From IMG/VR virus record IMGVR_UViG_2758568559_000001: DNA of 40,790 bases; one strand, written 5' to 3'. Positions within the stretch are counted from its first letter, which is position 1. Each line of letters begins with the position of its first letter. Of the stretch, positions 18,230-25,186 are shown in pieces. The notes beneath the pieces were generated by a model, which was not told the origin of the DNA, did not search any database, and worked only from the letters and a program-made list of their open reading frames with translations. The position numbers were made by a program, and so were the translations under genes. This DNA is from a virus.

Positions 18230-18887
18230 TACTATCCTTCCATGTGTTTGCTAGTGTGCTGGTAATTGCCTTTATAAAACTATCTTTATCCACGTTATTA
18301 TTATCTTCGTGCCCAGTGATAACATCAGCTGCGGCTTTCTTAATTCTGGCTTCTGCTTGAGCTATGGTTAGATTGGCCTTTTTCAAAGCACTATAATTTA
18401 TATCTCTCCATTGGTCAGGACAACGGTTTTTAAGCCAGTATATAATGGCTGTTGTGTCAGGTAATATTTCAGTTTCTGTCTGTGTAATAGCAATTCTTTC
18501 ATAAGTTGGCACACCATCAGCAGCTGCAATCACTAATTCTTCCTTAGTCATTTCTGGGTGCTCCACTCGGTATTTTCTCAAAAATTTTGTTCGTCTTGCC
18601 TTTAAAACAGTTTCATCAACTTTGACCATTTTATAAACAGTAGTGGTTGCTTTGCCTCCCAACGCCTTTTTTAAAAGTGCATTTTCAACCTCCATATCAA
18701 CTGGGGCTTTACCTTTTTTTAGGGACTCTAATATCTCTTTATGTTCCTTTTCCCACTTATAAAGTGTAGAAACATTAATATTCATTTTTTGCGCAATCTG
18801 TTTGTCAGTAAGGCCATGACGTGCCCACATTTCAATTTTACTAAGGCCATCTTTGGTCAACCACTTCGAATATTTAGGCTTTGCCAC
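18213..18887 (-). CDS. terS: Terminase small subunit
   Basis: 224 aa with an N-terminal HTH (LTDKQIAQKMNINVSTLYKWEKEH), directly upstream of and overlapping terL. Confidence 0.75.
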   Translation of the reverse strand: MAKPKYSKWLTKDGLSKIEMWARHGLTDKQIAQKMNINVSTLYKWEKEHKEILESLKKGKAPVDMEVENALLKKALGGKATTTVYKMVKVDETVLKARRTKFLRKYRVEHPEMTKEELVIAAADGVPTYERIAITQTETEILPDTTAIIYWLKNRCPDQWRDINYSALKKANLTIAQAEARIKKAAADVITGHEDNNNVDKDSFIKAITSTLANTWKDSNDYEQ

Positions 18888-18931
18888 ATTAGCATTACTC
18901 CTTCCTGGTGGTTTAATATCAAACTTTTAAT

Positions 18932-19414
18932 TTAAAAATCGGCTAAGTTAATTCTTTTATTTAATATTCTAGTAATAAAAATTCCTAGAATCTGTGAAAT
19001 GAGCTGTCCTAAAGCTACAGTGGCGAATGTTGGAAGTATTGGCAGATTAGAAACAATATGAAGTTCAATGGCCACTAGAATAGTAGCAAGGGAAACAGAA
19101 ATAGCTGTAACTATTTGTTTAATTGTTAAGTTTTTTATGAAGTTATTAATTAATATTGCCGCTCCCAGCCCTATAATGGATGTGCCTACTCCAAAAACCA
19201 TATCTAACCATCCTAAAGGACTAATAGTATTAGCTAAAATGACGCCTAAAACTAAAGAAGGATAATATTTTTTATTAAACGGCACAAACTGATACATTAT
19301 ATTGGCAATTCTAACTTGAATCGCTCCAAAACTTATGGCTGAAAAAACTGTATTTAACACAAAAAATAAGACTGCTATAATAGCCGTCTTTGTAATAAAC
19401 TTGCTTGTTCTCAA
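18932..19414 (-). CDS. queT: QueT-family membrane transporter (ECF S-component type, queuosine-precursor uptake)
   Basis: 160 aa, about five TM helices. The N-terminal pattern TKTAIIAVLFFVLNTVFSAISFGAIQVRIANIM... is characteristic of QueT proteins. The TTG start abuts the stop of the preceding gene. Confidence 0.7.
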   Translation of the reverse strand: MRTSKFITKTAIIAVLFFVLNTVFSAISFGAIQVRIANIMYQFVPFNKKYYPSLVLGVILANTISPLGWLDMVFGVGTSIIGLGAAILINNFIKNLTIKQIVTAISVSLATILVAIELHIVSNLPILPTFATVALGQLISQILGIFITRILNKRINLADF

Positions 19415-20167
19415 TTATCTTTTTCCCTTTCTATCTACATATCTTTGGAACTTTAACCATTCTAGGTAATTATTTAATAGTACTTTTTGTTCATTTGCCC
19501 GCTGTCCTTCTTTTCGGGTTGTAGAAACAATTTGTCCATTAGAAAATTTATGAGCTTGGCCGAATCTGACCCCTGAGCTCCATGAGGTTGAGTCAACACT
19601 ATAAAAGCCATAATTAAAAGCATCTTTTCTGGTAAACGCCAATCCATGGACATTGGTTTGGTGTGCATTAGCATATGCAACCATTTTTTTAATTTTAGGA
19701 TATTCTTTTTGCGTAATTTCCTTATTACCTAACCCCCCTATACAGATATATTTATATTCAGCAACTATATCTTTATAAGCTTGCATTCCTCTAGACTTGT
19801 GCCATACAGGTATACATTGCTTTCCGGTTTCTTTTTCTAGAATTTTACGCATTCTTAATACTTTGGGATATCCAACGATAACGTCTATATCTAATTCAAT
19901 AAATCTTTTAATATCATATTTATTAATAAAATTAATATACTTGTATAAATAATCATCAAAATCAACATTGTTATTATTACTTGAAAATAATGTAAATGCT
20001 CCACTATCAAGTAAAAAAGCATCATTTTGATTTTTATTATTTAAAACTTGCATAACATTTTTATTATTTGTTAAATTGTAAAAACTCATTAAGCAATATT
20101 TTGACTGCAACATTTGGTCTAGAGTTAAGCCACTTATACATTCAAAACCTGCTAACATTAATCTCAC
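19415..20167 (-). CDS. dpdA: DpdA-like (TGT-superfamily) DNA-guanine transglycosylase
   Basis: 250 aa. The motif FLLDSGAFTLFS parallels the TGT substrate motif DSGGFQVFS. It also has ICIGGLG and YSVDSTSW acidic motifs, and no Zn-binding Cys cluster. Start is either GTG 20167 or ATG 20158. Confidence 0.65.
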   Translation of the reverse strand: MRLMLAGFECISGLTLDQMLQSKYCLMSFYNLTNNKNVMQVLNNKNQNDAFLLDSGAFTLFSSNNNNVDFDDYLYKYINFINKYDIKRFIELDIDVIVGYPKVLRMRKILEKETGKQCIPVWHKSRGMQAYKDIVAEYKYICIGGLGNKEITQKEYPKIKKMVAYANAHQTNVHGLAFTRKDAFNYGFYSVDSTSWSSGVRFGQAHKFSNGQIVSTTRKEGQRANEQKVLLNNYLEWLKFQRYVDRKGKR

Positions 20168-20747
20168 TCACCATGGCTCCTTCACTTTTAAGAAGCCACT
20201 GAACAAAGTCTGTCTCTTTGTTGGTTTCGGCGTTTTTATACTCGTTAAGTTTATTATTCAAGAATAGTAATGTATCTTGTGATACTACTACCTTTTTATT
20301 CTCCCACTTGAGGTAAAGTGTATTATCTTTTTTCTGCTGCTCTTCATCATCAAAAAAGATATCGTCTATATTTACATCGTTTTTTATTTGTTCAAATCCA
20401 AAATCTTCCATATCAAAATCAATAATATTCGCTAGTTCATCATCTAAGAACTCATAATCCCAAACTGCTATTTCACCCGTTTTGTTATCAGCTAAACGAT
20501 AGGCTTTGACTTGTTCTTTACTAAGATTTTTAGCCACTACTACTGGCACTGTGTCCATATTTAATTGTTTAGCGGCTTTATATCTTGTGTGACCAGCAAT
20601 AATTATATTATCTTTATCAACAATAATTGGTTGTTGCCAACCAAACTCTTTAATTGAATTAGCTGTTGCAGTTACTGCATCATCATTTTTTCTAGGATTA
20701 TTTGGGTATGGTTTAATATCACTTATTGCCATACTAATTACATCCAT
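20142..20747 (-). CDS. ParB/Srx-fold N-terminal domain protein (ParB-like nuclease domain; possible DpdB-like partner)
   Basis: ISDIKPYPNNPRKNDDAVTATANSIKEFGWQQPIIVDKDNIIIAGHTRYKAAKQL is a classical ParB N-terminal domain. It overlaps the dpdA-like start. Confidence 0.7.
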   Translation of the reverse strand: MDVISMAISDIKPYPNNPRKNDDAVTATANSIKEFGWQQPIIVDKDNIIIAGHTRYKAAKQLNMDTVPVVVAKNLSKEQVKAYRLADNKTGEIAVWDYEFLDDELANIIDFDMEDFGFEQIKNDVNIDDIFFDDEEQQKKDNTLYLKWENKKVVVSQDTLLFLNNKLNEYKNAETNKETDFVQWLLKSEGAMVSEINVSRF

Positions 20748-21012
20748 TCAATTTTAGCCTCTTTTCATATTTATTAAATGTTCTTTCTAGCTGCCTAACG
20801 TTGCAGCCACGTTTTCTCAGTCTTTTAATGGTTAATATCAAGTAATTATATTCATCACGCCACACATTGTTATTTTTGGCCTTATCCTTGTAAATATGTT
20901 TGAATGTAAACTTGACATCTTTAACAGTGCAGGTTTTGTCGCGATACTCGTTGAGTAACTGGTTATTAACGGTATTATCTAATACTTCAACATTGGGAAA
21001 CTTTAGCATCAC
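20734..21012 (-). CDS. Hypothetical protein, first gene of the late operon
   Basis: 92 aa, basic. SD AAGGAGG lies upstream of GTG/ATG at 21012/21009. Overlaps the next gene. Confidence 0.5.
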   Translation of the reverse strand: MMLKFPNVEVLDNTVNNQLLNEYRDKTCTVKDVKFTFKHIYKDKAKNNNVWRDEYNYLILTIKRLRKRGCNVRQLERTFNKYEKRLKLNGCN

Positions 21013-21040
21013 ATATCTTCACCTCCTTAATTGTGAGTAC

Positions 21041-21063
21041 AAAAAAAGCACTCATTGGAGTGC
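21041..21063 (-). terminator. Strong intrinsic terminator downstream of the orphan 165-aa gene
   Basis: Minus strand: GCACTC CAAT GAGTGC followed by T7. Confidence 0.7.
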
Positions 21064-21086
21064 CTGAAATATTTTGTGTATTGGGA

Positions 21087-21584
21087 TTATCCCAACGATT
21101 GGTAATATGCTGTTATTATCCATTTTAAATAGGTATAGGCGTTAAAACTATCTTTTGCCTTTATTGTTACGGTACCAGCTTTATTTAAAGTTATAGATTC
21201 TGAATTATTGCTATACGTAACATCATTGACAGTATGTTTACAAGAAAAGAAAAAATCAAAAGAATTAGGTATTTCATCTATCTTATTAACTTTGCCAAGG
21301 TAATCTAAAAAGTTAATATTGAGAACGTGAAAATTATGTTGTTCTAATTCAGTAGATACATATGCAAACTGTAAATTAGAAATAACCATAAATAATCCAT
21401 TATGGTTTTGTAATTTCTGAATTAATCCATTGCTTAAAAGGTTTTTGTAAGTGTTAGGATCATAATCAATAACTGCAATATTCTTAACAAGATTTTTGAC
21501 TTTTTTATTATCAAAGTTCTTTAGGAAAAAGAATTTACTGAATATATTTTTAAAGAGTATTGGTTTCCAGTTTACAATTGGCAA
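21087..21584 (-). CDS. Orphan hypothetical protein (moron-like, own terminator, very AT-rich)
   Basis: 165 aa with a TTG start and SD AAGAGGAAA. No TM or signal sequence and no motif I recognise. Flanked by hairpins. Confidence 0.55.
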   Translation of the reverse strand: MPIVNWKPILFKNIFSKFFFLKNFDNKKVKNLVKNIAVIDYDPNTYKNLLSNGLIQKLQNHNGLFMVISNLQFAYVSTELEQHNFHVLNINFLDYLGKVNKIDEIPNSFDFFFSCKHTVNDVTYSNNSESITLNKAGTVTIKAKDSFNAYTYLKWIITAYYQSLG

Positions 21585-22119
21585 GTTGTTTCCTCTTTTC
21601 TTATAAAAACAGTTTATATGACTTAATTTTTTATATTTATCACTCTTGCTAAGTATTTATCGCTAACTGCCAAAAAACGCCCTCCACATTTCAATTCTGA
21701 GCGATTATTTTTAAAGTTACGATTAATTAATAGCAGAACGATTAAAATCGCTTAAAACAGCTTATATTGTGTTTTACAGCTAGTGCCTAATTTAGATCAC
21801 ATATTAATGACTAAAAACAGTAAAATAAATAAAATTGTTACATCTGAGAGAATTATTACTACATATGTTATGAAAATCATTTTTCGTGCTGCTAAATTAA
21901 GCTGGTCAGGAAAACGATCATTGGATATACATGCAGTCGTTATATACCTAAGTATGAAAAATAATATTATTACTATAGCCAATAGCAATATTTTAACTGC
22001 ACTCAAAGTTAAAGCACCTTCTTAAACGAAAAAGCTAGCCTTTCCTTAACTAACTTTTTCATGATTATTAAACATGTTCATGTGAAACACTCTTGCTTTA
22101 TTTTGCCTAAAAAGGCAAA

Positions 22120-22196
22120 ATCTAGTTGAGGAGTCGAACCTCGCCTTATTAGTAACCCAGCTGCTCTTAAACTGGACAGTACCGACTGCGCTAGAT
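22120..22196 (-). tRNA. tRNA-like element (non-canonical cloverleaf; possibly a degenerate class-II tRNA or a processing signal)
   Basis: 77 nt. Acceptor ATCTAGC/ACTAGAT pairs at 6 of 7 positions. The T-arm CGAGG-TTCGACT-CCTCA has a canonical T-loop. The 5-bp anticodon-like stem is CAGTT/AGCTG. The D hairpin has only a 4-nt loop, and the residue at the U33 position is A. Confidence 0.3.
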
Positions 22197-22210
22197 TGAA
22201 ATGTTTAGCT

Positions 22211-22364
22211 TAAATAGGGGGACTTTTGACACATCCTTTTATAATTTATTTTTACTCGCGGCAATGTTGCAGGCTTAATCAATTTAAAAGGGGAGATTCT
22301 TTTCACTTCCTTTTATAATTTTATTTTGCTCGTGAGTAATTCGGCAAGGCAGGAATCGAACCTG
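22211..22364. repeat. Two diverged tandem copies of a unit of about 73-80 nt. The copy at higher coordinates retains a canonical T-arm (minus strand CAGG-TTCGATT-CCTG, 22350-22364).
   Basis: Plus-strand alignment of 22211-22260 (TAAATAGGGGGACTTTTGACACATCCTTTTATAATTTATTTTTACTCGCG) with 22283-22334 (TTAAAAGGGGAGATTCTTTTCACTTCCTTTTATAATTTTATTTTGCTCGTG). Confidence 0.6.
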
Positions 22365-22500
22365 ATTTTCTATAATATTTTTATTTATCAGAGATTAATA
22401 AAAGGAGGAATGCTTCAATTACGAGAGGTTTTAAAAATGACGGAAAAATGAATTTAGTTGACTTTTTTAAGCACCATGCTTAAGCACCTTGCCGATAATG

Positions 22501-22523
22501 GAGGCTTTCGCCTCTTTATTTTT
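22501..22523 (+). terminator. Plus-strand intrinsic terminator-like hairpin inside the spacer
   Basis: GAGGC TTTC GCCTC followed by TTTATTTTT. There is no U-tract in the minus orientation. Confidence 0.4.
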
Positions 22524-22548
22524 CCTACAATACCATTTTGCCTTATTT

Positions 22549-22632
22549 TTTCTCCAAATGTTTACGCGATTTCTCCAAATTTTTACACCATTTCTCCAAA
22601 TTCTTACACCATTTTTACACTAAATTTACACT
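22549..22632. repeat. Three in-phase 21-bp tandem iterons (TTTCTCCAAAT-N-TTTAC-N-C-N-A) plus a degenerate fourth unit
   Basis: 22549-22569 is TTTCTCCAAATGTTTACGCGA. 22570-22590 is TTTCTCCAAATTTTTACACCA. 22591-22611 is TTTCTCCAAATTCTTACACCA. These are followed by TTTTTACAC/TTTACAC remnants. The array begins 3 nt after the arpU stop. Confidence 0.85.
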
Positions 22633-22634
22633 TT

Positions 22635-23072
22635 TCATTTTTGGTAAGAATGCAGGTCATTCTCACCTTGATTAAAATAGGGTTCAGCTTGAACCTCGAA
22701 AGCGTCAGCGAATTCATTGCAGGCTACAGTTTGCATTTTGTAATAAGTACTGTAACTGGATATATTTAGCTGTACCATAACGTTAAATAATTCATCACCA
22801 TTAATAACCCGTTCATTTAAAATAATTTGACTGGTTACTGAGCAAGCCTTAATTGAACGATTAACCGCCTCTAAGATATTGCGGCTACTAACCAGCTTTA
22901 CAAATCTACCTTCTTGGGTATTACTATTATTATTGCTAGCGGGAGCAGCTGAAAGCACGGGCGATTGAAGATTAGAACCAGCCATCATCAACAGCTTTTT
23001 ATAATCTTCATCGAAAAAATCAAGAACGTTCTGTTCTGTTTTTTTTGCGTCTGCTTTTTTAAAAAGAAACAT
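22635..23072 (-). CDS. arpU: ArpU-family late-gene transcriptional activator
   Basis: 145 aa. The N-terminus MFLFKKADAKKTEQNVLDFFDEDYKKLLMMAG follows the ArpU pattern (F..iD.KKT..NV..fL..Y). It is the last gene of the early/middle region before the packaging genes, as in many Firmicute phages. Confidence 0.65.
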   Translation of the reverse strand: MFLFKKADAKKTEQNVLDFFDEDYKKLLMMAGSNLQSPVLSAAPASNNNSNTQEGRFVKLVSSRNILEAVNRSIKACSVTSQIILNERVINGDELFNVMVQLNISSYSTYYKMQTVACNEFADAFEVQAEPYFNQGENDLHSYQK

Positions 23073-23148
23073 CTAATTCCTCCCGCTTTGAGTTATGATT
23101 ACCTTTACAAGGATTTAAAGCTCTGCACTACATTCTGAGCTTTTTTGC

Positions 23149-23352
23149 TTATGACAATTGCACTTCTTTAACTATTGCATGCAACATTCGGGCAATTTCG
23201 GAAGCGTCTTTAGCGCCTTTAGTGCCTGTAAAGAAGAAAGCATCTTCCAGGTTTATGGATAAAGCTATATTGTTAATCGTGTCAGTGCTAAGGCCAGGTT
23301 GTCTATAGTCTCTTAAAAAATATCTGCCACACATTACTACATATTTTTTCAT
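23149..23352 (-). CDS. Hypothetical protein
   Basis: 67-aa ORF in the minus-strand early operon. No motif recognised. Confidence 0.45.
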   Translation of the reverse strand: MKKYVVMCGRYFLRDYRQPGLSTDTINNIALSINLEDAFFFTGTKGAKDASEIARMLHAIVKEVQLS

Positions 23353-23373
23353 TTCTAATCTCCCACATAATGA

Positions 23374-23625
23374 TTAATTTTGAGCTTTTTTTAAATAAGC
23401 ATAGCTATTAAGCAGCATTGATACCCTGAACCAGCTTAAATTGAGTTTTTCTTGTATTTCTGGTATTAGTTTTCTTTGCATCCGTAATTTCATGACTTCG
23501 GGTATCAACTCTTCATCTGTGCGCGTATCCAATTGATTGTGTAATAGCTGTAATTCGGGATAATCTTCGGGAACATTAGCCATAGAACCGAATTTACTTT
23601 CCATATACTGCACGTGGCGCATCAT
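23374..23625 (-). CDS. Hypothetical protein with a C-terminal HTH-like segment; shares an N-terminal motif with the next upstream gene
   Basis: 83 aa. ESKFGSMANVPEDYPEL aligns with ERKYGTPPENIPKDDPDF of ORF 23696-24010. Confidence 0.5.
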   Translation of the reverse strand: MMRHVQYMESKFGSMANVPEDYPELQLLHNQLDTRTDEELIPEVMKLRMQRKLIPEIQEKLNLSWFRVSMLLNSYAYLKKAQN

Positions 23626-23695
23626 ATCTGCCGTATCAATTTTGTTTGAATATGGAGTTGATATAGGCTTTACCCCCTTTTTGGTTTACTTTTCT

Positions 23696-24010
23696 TCACA
23701 GTTTTATAACTTTATATTTTGAATTTATACGATTTCTGGTTTTTTGTGCCCTATAACGTCGACACGCCCAACTTGCATCAAAACCGTAAAATTTACTAGC
23801 CTGAGTAAAACTTTTAAATGTGTGTTCTTCTTGGGTTTCCAGGTTAATTACTTTGCAATATATCTCTTGTCTGCCCTCAAAGTCTGTGTCTTCAGGTAGC
23901 CAATATTTTCTTTGCAAAGTAACAAAATCTGGGTCATCTTTCGGTATATTTTCTGGTGGTGTCCCGTATTTACGTTCTAAGCTGGAGACTAGATCGGTTA
24001 ACTCAGACAT
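23696..24010 (-). CDS. Hypothetical protein (possible small DNA-binding protein)
   Basis: The likely start is ATG 24010 (SD AGAGGAAG; ATGTCTGA overlap with the upstream stop), giving 104 aa. The track start at 24070 would overlap the upstream gene by 68 nt. Confidence 0.5.
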   Translation of the reverse strand: MSELTDLVSSLERKYGTPPENIPKDDPDFVTLQRKYWLPEDTDFEGRQEIYCKVINLETQEEHTFKSFTQASKFYGFDASWACRRYRAQKTRNRINSKYKVIKL

Positions 24011-24416
24011 CAACTTCCTCTTTTTTGTATACGGGAATAGCAAATTTTTTGAATTGCGGAAAATTATCATCTATTTCTTGCATTGTAAATATGGGTGTTA
24101 GTACTCTGTCTTTAAAAGATCTGACGTACTTGTTAGAAATGTGCCACCGATATGCATTACTTAAATTAACGCAGTCAGCTAAAAAATAGCTGGATTCGTC
24201 GTGCTGCAAGAATTTAATGTAATAGATTGTTTCATCAGTATAATTGGTGGGAGGCATATAAACCCGCATTAGGCAATTATCAATTGGCTTATTTTGATAC
24301 TTATATTTCTCAATAGCATTAGCTATGAACTTAGGTATTTTCGGTTTAATCATTTTTTCCTCCTAACTTGGCTGCAATGAGTGCATATTCTGGCTTGGTG
24401 AATCTAAAGTATTTCA
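24003..24416 (-). CDS. DUF1642-like hypothetical protein. It appears to be fused in frame to the RBS and first 17 codons of the MxYFRF paralog family.
   Basis: My hand translation from ATG 24416 (SD GGAGGA, 7-nt spacer) runs in frame, with no stop, into the track ORF that starts at 24353. The prefix reads MKYFRFTKPEYALIAAK. IPKFIANAIEKYK resembles DUF1642 N-termini. Confidence 0.5.
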
Positions 24417-24450
24417 TTTTTAAATCCTCCATTTTGTTATATTTAACTAG

Positions 24451-24867
24451 CTAGTCTAGATAGATAAAAGATTGTGGCACGTGCTTAACCCCGAAATCTA
24501 TTAGTAGCTTAGGTTCTTTATAAACAATTACACTGCTTAACTTATAAGCAATCGCTTTTGAATATCCTTGATAATAAGCACAATATTGCGTATAGGTTAT
24601 TCCAGCGGCGTGTTTTGCGATCTCCCATACTTTATGTGGACTACCTTCTATTATTTCTTCAATTTCAGCCTCACCAACTACTTGGCTCTGAGGAGCGGTA
24701 GAATAGAAAATTATCTTTTTTACGCTATTCTTACAGCGCCTTTTCCTGAATTCGTACGCCTTGCGGTTTTCAAGAATGGCTTTAGCATATTGGGGCTTAA
24801 TTGATAGCAGTATTGTTGACTTTAACATTGCTTTTCTATCCTTATTAACTTCACAAATTTTAATCAA
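24451..24867 (-). CDS. ASCH-domain protein
   Basis: SIKPQYAKAILENRKAYEFRKRR...VVGEAEIEEII is typical of the ASCH/PUA-like fold. TTG start at 24867 or ATG at 24828. Confidence 0.6.
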   Translation of the reverse strand: MIKICEVNKDRKAMLKSTILLSIKPQYAKAILENRKAYEFRKRRCKNSVKKIIFYSTAPQSQVVGEAEIEEIIEGSPHKVWEIAKHAAGITYTQYCAYYQGYSKAIAYKLSSVIVYKEPKLLIDFGVKHVPQSFIYLD

Positions 24868-25175
24868 ATATCAAAATCTTCAGGATGAACGTATACTCCA
24901 TAACTCCAAGAATCTATTAATATCTGTTCTTTAGCAGCTGCCTGTTCTATCAGTTCTTTACGAACCTTTGGATTAGTTTTTAAAAGGTTAAGTGCTAATA
25001 ATCTTTTTTCAGCACCTGACAGATGGTGATATGGCTCCTGGTCGACTATAATGTCTTCAGGATTTATATCCATGCACCAATAGTTATCATGTTCTTTATA
25101 TATTTTTATTGCTTCTTCTTTTGAATTAGCCGCAACTAGTGAATAGAACGGTGCCCAAAATCTAAAATACTTCAT
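24864..25175 (-). CDS. Hypothetical protein, paralog 1 of a tandem pair
   Basis: 103 aa. MKYFRFWAPFYSLVAANSKEEAIKIYKE... is collinear with the neighbouring 104-aa protein. Confidence 0.55.
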   Translation of the reverse strand: MKYFRFWAPFYSLVAANSKEEAIKIYKEHDNYWCMDINPEDIIVDQEPYHHLSGAEKRLLALNLLKTNPKVRKELIEQAAAKEQILIDSWSYGVYVHPEDFDI

Positions 25176-25186
25176 TTTTAATCCTC

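Larger units (their letters stand above)
21585..22634 (-). ncRNA. ORF-poor spacer of about 1.05 kb between arpU and the late genes: candidate large structured or processed RNA locus. Strand is assumed from flanking transcription.
   Basis: No convincing ORF in an otherwise gap-free genome. It contains tRNA-like T-arms, diverged tandem units, iterons and hairpins. Identity not established. Confidence 0.3.

Noticed and set aside
21783-22025. Overlapping ORFs in the spacer (80 aa on plus; 69 aa hydrophobic on minus, with a TTG start and GAAGGTG upstream)
   Set aside because: The region is extremely AT-rich, and both strands give ORFs of similar length. The peptides are Ile/Leu/Phe-biased, as expected from composition alone. 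The minus-strand 69-aa two-TM peptide cannot be fully excluded and should be checked by ribosome profiling.
22120-22364. T-arm motifs as attP cores for integration into host tRNA genes
   Set aside because: I found no tyrosine or large-serine integrase or excisionase in the replicon. The sequences 3' of the T-loops do not look like good tRNA acceptor ends with a discriminator. The molecule closes on itself and carries a partition system.
22549-22632. Possible CRISPR array (regular short repeats)
   Set aside because: The repeats are directly contiguous 21-mers with no spacers. There are only 3-4 units and no cas genes or leader. They are better explained as protein-binding iterons.
21087-22634. 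Type III toxin-antitoxin (ToxIN/AbiQ-like): a repeat array followed by a toxin of about 170 aa
   Set aside because: The iterons are 21 nt rather than about 35 nt and lie 1 kb from the 165-aa ORF. There are no tandem repeats directly upstream of the ORF. The protein does not resemble ToxN/AbiQ sequences as I remember them.
22458-22769. 103-aa plus-strand ORF spanning the iterons and the arpU 3' end
   Set aside because: It reads through tandem repeats (giving repetitive SPN..Y..ISPN peptides), is antisense to arpU, and has no SD.
23119-23148. Plus-strand terminator-like hairpin (AAAGCTC...GAGCTTT plus T-run) between two minus-strand early genes
   Set aside because: Its orientation is opposite to the operon it sits in, and in the minus orientation it lacks a U-tract. 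It may damp antisense transcription, but on its own it is too weak a signal to call as a feature.
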